In this document: piece by piece, positions 10,901-20,222 of the stretch
How positions within the stretch are numbered: the first letter of the stretch is position 1
Layout: every line of letters starts with the position of its first letter
Origin: a virus
Length of the DNA stretch: 64,000 bases
Virus record (IMG/VR): IMGVR_UViG_3300034060_000588
Span: 18,962 to 82,961 of that record
Strand: one strand, 5' to 3'
Notes under the pieces: model-generated
Databases searched by the model: none
The model's input: only the letters and a program-made list of their open reading frames with translations
Told to the model about the DNA's origin: nothing
Translations under genes and position numbers: made by a program

Positions 10901-13515
10901 AAGTATTTATCTCTAGAATTAAACTCGTTTAATTTTTGTGAGTATGTAACGTCTGTTGGAAACCCAAACCATCTTTCATCATTACCAAGACTTTTATCTG
11001 CGGCAAACAAAAATGGTTGTGGTGCGTGGAGTTTTTGGATTGATGAACCAACAATAAGGTCACTTCCAGTAAATAATCTTCTAAAATCAACTGTTGCTCT
11101 AACCACATTGGTTGTGTCTAACTCATTGTCATTTACAGAATAAGTTAGTGATTTATATTGACCACCATTATAAAACCAACCACCATTTGCATCTGTTGGT
11201 GAAAACCCTGGTCTTTGTGAAAAATTTGGGTGTTCCGGTACGTAATTTGACGCTTGGTTTATTGGTGCTAAAAGTGAATTTGATATTGATGTTACATCAG
11301 TAGATCCAATACCGGGTATAACAATTTGGTTATCTGCATATGAATTTGTTATAAATTGTTCAATATCACTTTGTGTTATCTCGTCAACTTCTGGTTCGGT
11401 GCATGAACATTCACAGTTTGTACATTCTGGGTATGACAATAGTGGTAATGAGATCGGAACACGTTTTAATGGTACAATATATCTAAAAAACAAATATGTC
11501 ATATAACCAAGTAACCCTAAAAGAGCTAAAAGACCAGTATAAACAAGACCAATTACTATAACACCCCAAATACTCAAAGAAGGAACTAATGAACTGACGT
11601 ATGAAATTGCATCACCAAGATTCATAGCGTATTGGACAATAAAATAACCAGTAATGATGATTGCAAAAAGTATAAGTGCTTTTACTAATGGCCATAGTGT
11701 GTAAACAAGGTGTGTTGCTACAATAAGAGCCATTATTGGGAATGTTAAAATGTTTAATAAAAACGTAAGTAACTGAAACCATAAATCTTGATTTCTTATT
11801 ATATCATTAACAGGGTAAATATTATTTTCTGTCCTACAAGTTCTATCATCAATTTCTTTAATACCCAAATGTGTCCATCTGGCAGCACCAAATTTATAAC
11901 GGTCAAGAAACATTGCTGTTGTATAAACCTTATTATAATTAAATTGATAAAAAGTGTCGTCACAATTTATGGCTTCAACTGGGTTTACGTAATCGTCCCA
12001 CTCAAGACTAAACGCATAAGATTTTAATAAGTCAAAATAATCTTGTGGGTAAAATTGGAATTTTATAATAACGTTTTGTGTTGTATCAATTGGCGTAAAT
12101 GCCCATTGGAATATGTCACCAATATTAACGTTTAAACTCTCAAGTGTCCCGACATAGGGTATACTGTTTATTGTTAATGAAAGGTTTTCTGCGTTTATTA
12201 ATTCAAGTAAACTTAAACCACCATTAAATGTCATAGTTTCACTATAGGTTGTCAAACCGGCTGTAATACTGCCACCTACACCAACATAAAACACTTGGAA
12301 TTGTGGGTACCCATACGGGTCGTTATTTGATGCCGACCACCCGTATTCTTTTACATTGGGTACTAAAAAATTTGCCCTAATAATATCATTACTATTACCG
12401 TTTTCATTTTGCCATTTTATTTTAAACCGGTATTTTCCTTTTGTTGGTATACCCACATTTGGGTTTGAGGATAAAACTTGTTCACCAAATTCATTTGTTG
12501 TAACATAATCTAGGTTCATCGGTACATCAACGACAAACGCTCCGTTTTCATCTATAACCCTACCTTCGTTTATTAGTTTGTATTCTTCAAGAATTGGTAA
12601 TCCTTGATTATCTAAATTTATTGTTTGTCGTATTGATAAAATTTGTCCTGGTCCGGCAATTAACTCACAAAATTTTCCAGTATCTTTTTGTGGTTTACAA
12701 TTTATTTTTTGTGCGTTCTCATCCGTATTTGACATTATCGATCCGAGAAATACGGAAACCGGATTGATCTTTATATTATATTCTTTTGTTAAATCAAAAT
12801 CAACTCTATTAATCCCTAATTGACAAATGTTTGTATCACCCCACAATGGTGAAACATCAATAATTCTATTAAAGTTAATAATTTGTGGTAATTCATCTAA
12901 ATTTGAACTCGTTTTAAAATTACTACCATTAAAGTCATTTTCAACAGCATTTCCAGTTCTTATCAAGTCTTGTGGTGTTAAAGAAAAACAACCGATGTCT
13001 GATAGGTCAACATCCATAACAAGTGTTTGTGATCCGGTTGGTACACCAAAAATCATATAATCCCCACTATCATTTGTTTTTACTGTAAATTTATAATATT
13101 TGTCGTACACCTCAACCCAAGATTGGTTTAATAAAACCTCATCTTTATCTGGGAAACTACCTGTTGCCGAATGATTTGTGTATGATGGTGACTTTGGTAA
13201 TAAATTATACCTATATCCTTGTTCGTTCCTATCTGTTAGTGTTTGATATGGGTATAACTCACTTATGATTGGGTTTTGGTTGTCTTCGTCTGATAAAGGA
13301 ATAAATACAGATACTTTAGCGTTTGGTAAACCAAATCCATTGTTAACTGAAACTCGGCCAACGATTACACCATAGTCAGAACAAACCCTAGTGTATATTT
13401 CGCTTTGTAATATCTTTAGTGATAAAATTTCAAGAAATTCAAAGTCTTGTTCTAATTTAATGTCAATGTGTTTATCAACACCGGGTGTGGCTTTTATTCT
13501 ATATGATTTGGGCAT
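7963..13515 (-). CDS. Large baseplate/tail-associated protein with an internal hydrophobic segment
   Basis: 1850 aa. N-terminal GVIVGRVS..GFGLPNAKVSVF...KTNDSGDYMIFGVPTG resembles a carboxypeptidase-regulatory-like beta sandwich. About 100 strongly hydrophobic residues near aa 575-680. Confidence 0.55.
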   Translation of the reverse strand: MPKSYRIKATPGVDKHIDIKLEQDFEFLEILSLKILQSEIYTRVCSDYGVIVGRVSVNNGFGLPNAKVSVFIPLSDEDNQNPIISELYPYQTLTDRNEQGYRYNLLPKSPSYTNHSATGSFPDKDEVLLNQSWVEVYDKYYKFTVKTNDSGDYMIFGVPTGSQTLVMDVDLSDIGCFSLTPQDLIRTGNAVENDFNGSNFKTSSNLDELPQIINFNRIIDVSPLWGDTNICQLGINRVDFDLTKEYNIKINPVSVFLGSIMSNTDENAQKINCKPQKDTGKFCELIAGPGQILSIRQTINLDNQGLPILEEYKLINEGRVIDENGAFVVDVPMNLDYVTTNEFGEQVLSSNPNVGIPTKGKYRFKIKWQNENGNSNDIIRANFLVPNVKEYGWSASNNDPYGYPQFQVFYVGVGGSITAGLTTYSETMTFNGGLSLLELINAENLSLTINSIPYVGTLESLNVNIGDIFQWAFTPIDTTQNVIIKFQFYPQDYFDLLKSYAFSLEWDDYVNPVEAINCDDTFYQFNYNKVYTTAMFLDRYKFGAARWTHLGIKEIDDRTCRTENNIYPVNDIIRNQDLWFQLLTFLLNILTFPIMALIVATHLVYTLWPLVKALILFAIIITGYFIVQYAMNLGDAISYVSSLVPSLSIWGVIVIGLVYTGLLALLGLLGYMTYLFFRYIVPLKRVPISLPLLSYPECTNCECSCTEPEVDEITQSDIEQFITNSYADNQIVIPGIGSTDVTSISNSLLAPINQASNYVPEHPNFSQRPGFSPTDANGGWFYNGGQYKSLTYSVNDNELDTTNVVRATVDFRRLFTGSDLIVGSSIQKLHAPQPFLFAADKSLGNDERWFGFPTDVTYSQKLNEFNSRDKYFNNASPLGSLNRITTTVNPSLGSDSFDDQILVILVKPGTTGQLVNQLVSFQNPLTSPAYVNITGATENQFLTNSITGTTTTGTTPLVKFVNYANPTDPSGVLELTAQIKINQTTNNGEFKYPNDIEYFQVITGLTVSQFLTQSNGTNNPQLFHQEYLRHKINYVIARALEVSSNNTSNYPFTTGPSAETFFYTDPDLVSHTRQIGNYDSLSSLTNFNTYEILFLTRGVDPYTDKQEIKYDLSRIFGFTTPDSVTFTGLKYLNIPIRGTNSPKPKSHNTIDNSDNRLYYPSYTFTVTSPYTAFTSFNPYYYLSTDDTTLNSTGGGLPGPGGANYRPNVNLPILSILSNTTNLISSDRTLPNYSTSYVGGTSFIASKFNNLNITNWATFADPYFIDRVGNPSVYGYPEELDPAQDIYSVYSPAYYRYTASTTNPLVGVDFNNSSRLVMRSDRLPTSDKTQESELGTGFALHQNDNFVIYVNIGLAVNIPLSTGPQEITGESADEDEMLTGITQSLECDNMVPLRCYQGTGLNLGIDQDCVDDNKKRFVKGCYCFPTKKAGIYILGIPDDIEYFLEWKTRFTVLYAACRGIFSQTFQNNWINGNLYMFPIKKGNRYFLNPLKDSAFDFCDHNVIYNEISDNFYYRSSPWDSTFNLFIGAERPNGSTFGGVFIGSGGFNDKQIQFPTTIMDLGPRDKFINEICGDNNLQGYFIDQVKSTSYSDTSDIVKLGFLSRLVNANFIEQMFGNFSSSGTFSEGVGINQFFNSTRGGYRIDGDFAQALSINSEFKVISFATDTYPNNFIYVGEDNNTPFGRGLFGIFYSSSTEDVKYRRRYSPGSETFNQSPLIQYNYGYPNTQNVPHYRWKLKSNSNVIFGTEDNNWNTTPDQFNGFYAKGYQDLNYLTDPYFKILGGTNVGYITKFNAAGVPVDSNFGVSPGLPPSSGPVVGDLSHNIVGAPYHFYFGLKAGKTAINRYIQIYLNLE

Positions 13516-13589
13516 TAAATTTCCTTTTTTTGATAAATAGTTTATTTCCTATTTTCAAAAAATAATCTTTTTATTCAAAAAATAAATTA

Positions 13590-15428
13590 TCAAGAGATAT
13601 TAACGGTCTTATAATTTAAAACCGAAACTGTAATGTCCTTATTTTGGAATCTAATTTGGTAGATTTGGTTAGGTTCTGCAAATATTGTTTCATTAACAAG
13701 TTTAATTAATTTTGTACTTGGGTCTTCGTATTCTTGTGACGTTTGGGATGATGAGTACTCACCACCAACTCTATTAAACACAAAAATACCTGATGTTGAG
13801 ATCACGCCGTTTTCGCTTTGAATTAGTCTTTTAAGTTCCGAAATGTAAACGTTTTGTCCTAATTCCCTATTTAATGGGCTAAAGAATGAACTTGTAATGT
13901 TGATTATATTTGTAACAACTTGTCCTTGACTTTGTGTACTGTCTAAAATGACATCAATTTCTATTGCTAGATCTATAACATTTGCTGTTTCAACCGAAAT
14001 GTAATCATTAATCATTCTATAATTTGATAAATAATTTGCGACATTATTTTTTAATGTATTTGACACAACTTCTGTGAGGTTACCACTATTGTCATATGAA
14101 AGCATTTTAATTTTAATCTTATTATCTTCTTCCATAATTGATACTTTACCTGGCGCTCCGAATTGAGAAGGCATTGTTCTAATAATTGATTCATAATCAT
14201 TAATAGTAACGGCTCTATTTTGTGCTGCAAAGTTAAAAGATACATACTGTCTTACTTCTTCTGTTGTTGGTGGATTAGATCCACCTATAGCGGCAGTAAC
14301 GTTATTACAACTCAATGAGTTTACAACACTATTGTTGGTTGTTTGAGATGGGCCATTTACATAAAACGAAACAGTACCAATTTGGTTAATAACATTTATA
14401 CCAACATTACTAACTTGACCACCACCAATTCTATATTGTATGAATATTGTGGAGTTGGACTTTAAAGTACTACCTAGCGCAAAATTATTCATATATTTAT
14501 TCAAATCCATCGCATAACCATTACGAGCAAATTCCCTCAACTGGTCTTCCGCAGATGTGTTACCACCACCAAATGTCATTTTAAAGAATCCTTCTGGTGT
14601 AAATTCAGTTATAAATTTAGTATTAGTTGTAAGATATCTACCTACTTTAATTCCGGGTTGATCTGATGGTTTTGTCGGGTCCTCAACAAACACTCTATCT
14701 TCAGCCAAGGCTTTTACTTCATACCAACGATTTTCTAAACCTAAAAATTCTTGTGGTTCTGGTATTGTTGTATACTGTGTTCCATCTTTTAATAAAACAC
14801 TTGTTATACCTAAAACATTTTTTTCTGGTAAAAATAATTCTAAAAATGGTCTAACATCATTTGCATTAATTACTTTTTTGAAGACTTTTGTTGTTCCGTT
14901 TACAACAACTTCCCGTTTTGTAATTGTGTAGTTTATTAGTCTATTGTTTGAATTAAAATTTGGTATTTTAAGTCTATTTGGGAATCCCTCGGCATTTACT
15001 GGTGATGAAAAATCAATATCATAAACAGTTTCAAACGGTTGTCCAGCACCAGAGACTTGAGCCCCTCTTCGTAATATACCGCAATACCTTAAATCTTCTT
15101 TATCACCATTTGCATCAACAACAATGGAGAAATCAACAAGTGTTACTGATGGTCTAGACCCTGGTATTTTTAAACCATAAGTTCTTGCTAGGTTATAAAT
15201 AGATGTTTTTTGTTGTGCAAATTGTAAGACAGTTTCCTGAACACTTCTATCTATTTGATATTGTAAATTATCATTAACCGCAGCATTTAAATCTAACAAA
15301 ACAGAAAAGACACCAGCGTCGTTAAAATTTTGTACTACGTCTGGGTAATATTCTTTTGTGAAATTAATTAATTCCGTTCTTATCCCTTGAAAGTCCCTAG
15401 TCGTGTATGATATTTTTTTATTTGCCAT
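13590..15428 (-). CDS. Baseplate wedge subunit (T4 gp6 / baseplate J-like)
   Basis: 612 aa. N-terminal YTTRDFQGIRTEL and later AQNRAVTINDY are typical of gp6/gpJ. Close to the gp25-like gene. Confidence 0.85.
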   Translation of the reverse strand: MANKKISYTTRDFQGIRTELINFTKEYYPDVVQNFNDAGVFSVLLDLNAAVNDNLQYQIDRSVQETVLQFAQQKTSIYNLARTYGLKIPGSRPSVTLVDFSIVVDANGDKEDLRYCGILRRGAQVSGAGQPFETVYDIDFSSPVNAEGFPNRLKIPNFNSNNRLINYTITKREVVVNGTTKVFKKVINANDVRPFLELFLPEKNVLGITSVLLKDGTQYTTIPEPQEFLGLENRWYEVKALAEDRVFVEDPTKPSDQPGIKVGRYLTTNTKFITEFTPEGFFKMTFGGGNTSAEDQLREFARNGYAMDLNKYMNNFALGSTLKSNSTIFIQYRIGGGQVSNVGINVINQIGTVSFYVNGPSQTTNNSVVNSLSCNNVTAAIGGSNPPTTEEVRQYVSFNFAAQNRAVTINDYESIIRTMPSQFGAPGKVSIMEEDNKIKIKMLSYDNSGNLTEVVSNTLKNNVANYLSNYRMINDYISVETANVIDLAIEIDVILDSTQSQGQVVTNIINITSSFFSPLNRELGQNVYISELKRLIQSENGVISTSGIFVFNRVGGEYSSSQTSQEYEDPSTKLIKLVNETIFAEPNQIYQIRFQNKDITVSVLNYKTVNIS

Positions 15429-16093
15429 TTGTATGTTTTTATAAAGTTGTATATCTTAATTTGAGACCTAATATAAATAACTTTGTGTCATTTTGAAAGG
15501 TGGTTATTGAAAAATTGTCGTTTGTTGTTACAGCTGAAAAAACCGGTAAAACGTCTAATTGTGTGAACGTATCAATTGTATACGAATATGTTATTGCTGT
15601 GGAAATAAGGTTTCCACCAAACAAATCCCCATTTTGACCATAAACCAAGTCAATGTCGGTTACTACATTACCACTAAACTCTGGTATCGTAATAATGTCA
15701 GAACTAATTATACTACCAAAATCATTAGGTATACTACCACTTATCGCAACAGGATCTGTACCGCCGTCACAAAATGGTTCATAAAAAAACCCCTTAAACT
15801 CCAAATTTAACCCGGCTGATTTATAAAAAACTTCTTTTGTTATTGGTAAACCTGTTATTGTAAATGTACCACCAGTTGTATTTTCAATTGTTATTGTTCC
15901 TGCGGAATACGTACCACCAGTTGCAAAAACATCTGTAAGACCACTTAAAATGTATGTTTGTACATCCTTTAATGGTGTACTGTTTGTAACACCAATAGGG
16001 TTTTGGTAATTTACAATTGCAATAATATCGTTTGGTGTATAGTCTGAAAAACCAACGAAAGGTAACTGGGATATTTTTTTATTTGCCATTTGT
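15409..16093. repeat. 24-bp exact direct repeat at the starts of two adjacent genes
   Basis: gatatttttttatttgccatttgt at 15409-15432 and 16070-16093. Both genes begin MANKKIS. Confidence 0.9.
15439..16089 (-). CDS. Fibre/decoration-like protein with KKISQLP N-terminal module
   Basis: 216 aa. The N-terminus aligns with that of 58265..60094 (KKISQLP...DYT..D...GVT...SGLTD...TGGTY). Confidence 0.55.
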   Translation of the reverse strand: MANKKISQLPFVGFSDYTPNDIIAIVNYQNPIGVTNSTPLKDVQTYILSGLTDVFATGGTYSAGTITIENTTGGTFTITGLPITKEVFYKSAGLNLEFKGFFYEPFCDGGTDPVAISGSIPNDFGSIISSDIITIPEFSGNVVTDIDLVYGQNGDLFGGNLISTAITYSYTIDTFTQLDVLPVFSAVTTNDNFSITTFQNDTKLFILGLKLRYTTL

Positions 16094-16095
16094 CT

Positions 16096-16557
16096 TTAAA
16101 TATTTAAAATTACAAAATCACTTGAGTTAAAAGCTCCGTTTGTATTTCTATAATCAATTTTTATTTTTGCTGTGTGCTCCTCTGTTGCAATGTTTGGTGT
16201 TTTAAATTCTCTTTGACCACCTTCACTAATGTATGTTGTGTCTTGACTGTTAACTTGTTGTGCGGCGTCTGTTATTGATATATTTGTAATTAAAATTCCA
16301 GGCATATAGTTCTCAACAGATTCTCTTATTTCACTTTCAATTTCAGAAAATGTTGGTCCGTCTAACGGTTCAAAAATATATTCATATAATCTTGTACCAA
16401 AATCTGGAAGAAAATATCTTGACCCTTTTCTTGTTAATAGTAAGTGAATTAAATTACTTCTAACCTCTTCCTCTCCAGTATCTGAAGCGTCTAAATATTT
16501 TCCAACGTATGAATCTACAAAAGGAAAATTAATACCATAAGTTATACCATCTGCCAT
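16096..16557 (-). CDS. Baseplate gp25 / gpW-like protein
   Basis: VRSNLIHLLLTRKGSRYFLPDFGTRLYEYIFEP is the gp25/GPW signature. Confidence 0.9.
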   Translation of the reverse strand: MADGITYGINFPFVDSYVGKYLDASDTGEEEVRSNLIHLLLTRKGSRYFLPDFGTRLYEYIFEPLDGPTFSEIESEIRESVENYMPGILITNISITDAAQQVNSQDTTYISEGGQREFKTPNIATEEHTAKIKIDYRNTNGAFNSSDFVILNI

Positions 16558-16594
16558 ATCTAATAAATATAGTATTGGGATATTTTATATAAAT

Positions 16595-16622
16595 AAAAAA
16601 AATCACTGATTTTTCAGTGATT
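16595..16622 (-). terminator. Intrinsic terminator
   Basis: 9-bp stem aatcactga/tcagtgatt with a 4-nt loop, then a U-tract on the - strand, at the end of the replication operon. Confidence 0.7.
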
Positions 16623-16833
16623 CTTTTAAGTTTGTATTACCTTTTTCGTAAAGTGGTTCGTAGGGGCAATGCCTACAATTGTTTCCACAACATTTACCTC
16701 GTTTCATATGGAAAGATTCTGTCATAACAATATTTCCAGAATCATCCTTATAAAAGTCAGGTTCAGGAGATTTTTTAGTTGTCTCCTGAACATATAACTG
16801 TTGTATCCAATCTTTTGATGAGTTTACTGTCAT
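16603..16833 (-). CDS. DUF5522-like small Cys-rich protein
   Basis: VMTESFHMKRGKCCGNNCRHCPY matches the H-x-x-R-G-x-CCG-x-x-CRHCPY pattern. Confidence 0.75.
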   Translation of the reverse strand: MTVNSSKDWIQQLYVQETTKKSPEPDFYKDDSGNIVMTESFHMKRGKCCGNNCRHCPYEPLYEKGNTNLKESLKNQ

Positions 16834-16834
16834 T

Positions 16835-16915
16835 TTAGTTAGTTTTTCTTTGGTTATAAAACGCTAACAAAACTTGGTATGTTAGCGTTACATTATTTCC
16901 CCAACTTGCTTTCAT
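16835..16915 (-). CDS. Possible 26-aa small protein containing a 10-bp hairpin
   Basis: ATG 3 nt after the RNR stop; MKASWGNNVTLTYQVLLAFYNQRKTN*; stop 1 nt before the next ATG. Confidence 0.4.
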   Translation of the reverse strand: MKASWGNNVTLTYQVLLAFYNQRKTN

Positions 16916-16918
16916 ATC

Positions 16919-18778
16919 TTATACAATTTCACACGCACCACCAGCACAAGCGGCTTCACCACGAAGATCGGTGTTATCTTGTAACTCAATAACTTTTGTA
17001 AGATCTACATCTTTTAATGTTGCGGATAATCTTTCAAAGTCTTCTTTTTTACAATCTTCAAAAGGTGCCTGGGTATAAGTTCCTCCGTTGTAGGGCAAAA
17101 CAGATAGTCCATTATAGAATTTTCTGTTTTTCCACATCCAGTCACCTACTAAGTCCCACTCGTCTTCTTTAATTGAGACTGTCGCAGATACATTGTGTGT
17201 GTTTTGTCCTGTTCTATGTCCATTTCTGATCCACTCTTGAGATACTTTTTTTACTCTTTCCAGCATTTGAAATACTGATTCATATCGTAGAATTGATCCT
17301 TCTGGTGACATTTGTGGTATTGTAATTACCGCAGTATCGTGTGGTCGGAAGTACTCATCTTCAACTAATTCTGGGTGATTAATCGCAAGGTATGAATATA
17401 TTGCCTCATTTTTTCCAACACGGATTCTTCTTAAATAATAGTCATTATGCCAAGCGTGAATACCAGATGCTGTGCCTAAAACCAATGATGATGTACCAGA
17501 TGGTTTTACAGTTGTTGTACGGGCGGCTTTGTTAATACCAATTAAATTTGCAACTCTTTCGTTTTCTTCTTTAACGGCTTGAGCGGCTGCTTTCATATCA
17601 TAACCCAATACAACACCAGAACCAATGCCTGTCATTCCAACACCAATAAGTGCGTCTTTTTCTGTTGTTCTTTTCCAAACATCTCTCAAGTAATGAAAAT
17701 CTGTGTAACCCGCTTGTAGTGTTCCGATGAACGCAGCACCTTTAACTCGTTTTTCAAAGTCTTCTTGTGAATCAATATCTGAAGAATTAACTTCACATAG
17801 ATTACAGAATTGGTATGGTCGTAAACCGATTTCACAACAAGGATTTGTTCCCCAATCTTTATCGTTTGATAAATAAATTCCTGGTTCACCAGCACCTGAT
17901 AGTTCAATTCTTTTCCAAAGACCCATAAAATATTCTTGTGTTACTTTATGTCTTAATAAAACCGCTGAATTGTTTGCTCTACCTCTTTGTGGGTTTGATT
18001 CCCACCAATTTCCGGATTTACAAGAAATCATTTCATCATCATCAGCTGAAAATAATGAGATAAGTGCTGCACGTCTGATTCCACCAGCCAATACTGCATC
18101 AGCAATATGACATACAATGTCGTGAGTTTCAATTGGTGTTAATTTATCACCATCGTTTTTGTTTTCCAACACCTTTGTAATGTGGTGAATACAATCTTTT
18201 AATGGTTGAGGGCCTGGTGCTTTTCCACCAGACGTTACAAGGTTTGCCCCTTTTTGTCTAATATCTGAAAAATCAAATATTGGTGTTGATGCTTTGTACC
18301 CAAAATAAGATTCCATCAATACTTTAATTGCGTCAGCCCACCCTTCAATAGAATCTCCAATTAAGTATCTTCTTGTTCTTGTTGGGTTTGGTTTTTTAAT
18401 TTCCTGTAGTTTATCTACGTGATGTTTTTGAACTGAAAACCCTACACCTGTTCCACCTAATAACAAAAACATTGTTTCTGAAAATGCGTCTGTGTGGTCT
18501 ATCGGTAAATAAGCACAGTTATAAACTCTGTTTGGTGAAATCTCAATTGGTTTACCACCAAATTGTAATGATCTCATAGATGGAAGAATTTTTTTATCGT
18601 ATACCATTTTGTACACTTCTTCTATCTCGTCTTTAATTTTTGGGTATTTTTTCTGATGCATTTCTTTATTTCTTGTCACCAGTTCTTCCCAAGTTTCCCT
18701 TCTGTTTAATTCAGGTACAAATTTAGCGTATTTCATATGTACCGTAATATCGCTCAATATTTTTTGTGAAATATTCAT
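16919..18778 (-). CDS. nrdJ: Class II (adenosylcobalamin-dependent) ribonucleotide reductase
   Basis: 619 aa. YNCAY, GGIRRAALISL, GTNPCCEI, TTVKPSGT and C-terminal CAGGAC. No small subunit gene nearby. Confidence 0.9.
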   Translation of the reverse strand: MNISQKILSDITVHMKYAKFVPELNRRETWEELVTRNKEMHQKKYPKIKDEIEEVYKMVYDKKILPSMRSLQFGGKPIEISPNRVYNCAYLPIDHTDAFSETMFLLLGGTGVGFSVQKHHVDKLQEIKKPNPTRTRRYLIGDSIEGWADAIKVLMESYFGYKASTPIFDFSDIRQKGANLVTSGGKAPGPQPLKDCIHHITKVLENKNDGDKLTPIETHDIVCHIADAVLAGGIRRAALISLFSADDDEMISCKSGNWWESNPQRGRANNSAVLLRHKVTQEYFMGLWKRIELSGAGEPGIYLSNDKDWGTNPCCEIGLRPYQFCNLCEVNSSDIDSQEDFEKRVKGAAFIGTLQAGYTDFHYLRDVWKRTTEKDALIGVGMTGIGSGVVLGYDMKAAAQAVKEENERVANLIGINKAARTTTVKPSGTSSLVLGTASGIHAWHNDYYLRRIRVGKNEAIYSYLAINHPELVEDEYFRPHDTAVITIPQMSPEGSILRYESVFQMLERVKKVSQEWIRNGHRTGQNTHNVSATVSIKEDEWDLVGDWMWKNRKFYNGLSVLPYNGGTYTQAPFEDCKKEDFERLSATLKDVDLTKVIELQDNTDLRGEAACAGGACEIV

Positions 18779-18803
18779 TTTTTATTAGTTTAATTATTTT
18801 ATT

Positions 18804-20189
18804 TTATGATTTTTTTTCTTGTTCTCTTTGTTGTCTTTTCTCCAACAATTCCTTAACTCGTAGTCTTTGTCTTTCTTCTTTTTGTTCCTCAATACCTAAA
18901 AATGTAGTTGTGGATTCAGTATCAATTTCAATCATCGCATTATCAAATTTACAATTTTCAAACACCACACCGTCATCTCCAATACGAGACTTGGTAATTG
19001 CAATTGTGGCTAACTTCATTTCTTTTTGTTGTAATGTCTTTGCTATTGAAATAATAACGTGTCCTACTTGTGCTTTCTTAATTGATCCACCCATTTGGTC
19101 TGTTGTAACAACCTCTGATGAAATAGAAGCTCTATTTCCTTGTGTTGCAGTCCAACCAACTAGGTCTAATTCGTGACACATAGCTTCAAATCCTCTCATT
19201 ACGGATCCTTCACTTTTCCATTCATCCCCTAGGTTTTTATCCGGAACAACACAATCAATGTAATCTAAAACAACCATATCTATTTTAATACCATCTGCAA
19301 TCATCTTTCTAATTTCATTTTTGATTTGCAACATAGTTTTTGTGTCAGATGGTAATTTCTTTAAGATTAACTCATTTGTCATTGTTTCCTTGATTTCTGT
19401 TACTTTGGCCATCACCTCTTCCTTTTTTTCTGACAATTCGTCAGGGTGAATCTTTGTCCAGAGAATAAAATGTTTTCTCTGTATCACTTTTGGGTTGTCT
19501 TCAAAAAATACTTGAAGAACGTTAAATCCTAGGTTAAATGCGTGGTTTGAGATCTTTGTAAGAATGGTTGATTTACCTACACCGGTAGGTGCTAAAATAA
19601 CACCTATTTCCCCTTTTGCTAATCCTCCTTTCAACAACCTATCAATACCTGGTATTCCCATTGGTATTGGGTGTCTATAGTCTTCATCTAGGACTTGGTC
19701 TAGGTTTGAAAAAACGTCTAACATTGAGGTGTCCTTTGATCCAACAAGTAATGCGTCTCTTACCAATTCTTCTAGTGTGTCATAGTTTTCAAACTCACCT
19801 CCGTCGATAATCTTTTGTGCCTTTTTCATCACTTTCTGTAATTCTTGTTGTTTACAGAATTTAAGTGCCTTTTCCTGTACAAAATCCGCTCCGTCAATAG
19901 GTGCAGACTTGATTTTCTTAACTGTATCAAGTACAACTTTAATGGCGGTTTCTTGTTGTAATTCGGATTTTGCGACTTGTTCTAGGGTATCAAATGATGG
20001 TGTATGTTCATACTTTGTATAGTACTCTTTTATCATTTGAATGATTATTTTAAAATACTTGTTTTCAAAATAATTGTTTTCAATTACCTCAATAATTGAG
20101 TGTGAAAAGTCTTTGTCTACAATGATTTGGTTAAGTAGTTGTATTTGAAAATTGTTACCAAGATATTCAAAGTTTTTGTTCGTCGCCAT
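18804..20189 (-). CDS. Replicative SF4 helicase (DnaB / T4 gp41-like)
   Basis: Walker A APTGVGKS, VVLDYID and WTATQGNR motifs. Confidence 0.9.
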   Translation of the reverse strand: MATNKNFEYLGNNFQIQLLNQIIVDKDFSHSIIEVIENNYFENKYFKIIIQMIKEYYTKYEHTPSFDTLEQVAKSELQQETAIKVVLDTVKKIKSAPIDGADFVQEKALKFCKQQELQKVMKKAQKIIDGGEFENYDTLEELVRDALLVGSKDTSMLDVFSNLDQVLDEDYRHPIPMGIPGIDRLLKGGLAKGEIGVILAPTGVGKSTILTKISNHAFNLGFNVLQVFFEDNPKVIQRKHFILWTKIHPDELSEKKEEVMAKVTEIKETMTNELILKKLPSDTKTMLQIKNEIRKMIADGIKIDMVVLDYIDCVVPDKNLGDEWKSEGSVMRGFEAMCHELDLVGWTATQGNRASISSEVVTTDQMGGSIKKAQVGHVIISIAKTLQQKEMKLATIAITKSRIGDDGVVFENCKFDNAMIEIDTESTTTFLGIEEQKEERQRLRVKELLEKRQQREQEKKS

Positions 20190-20222
20190 ATAATTTCCTT
20201 CTGTTAGTAAAGATAAATACTA

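Noticed and set aside
18779-18803. Cobalamin riboswitch upstream of nrdJ
   Set aside because: Only 25 nt of pure A/T sequence; no room for the structure.
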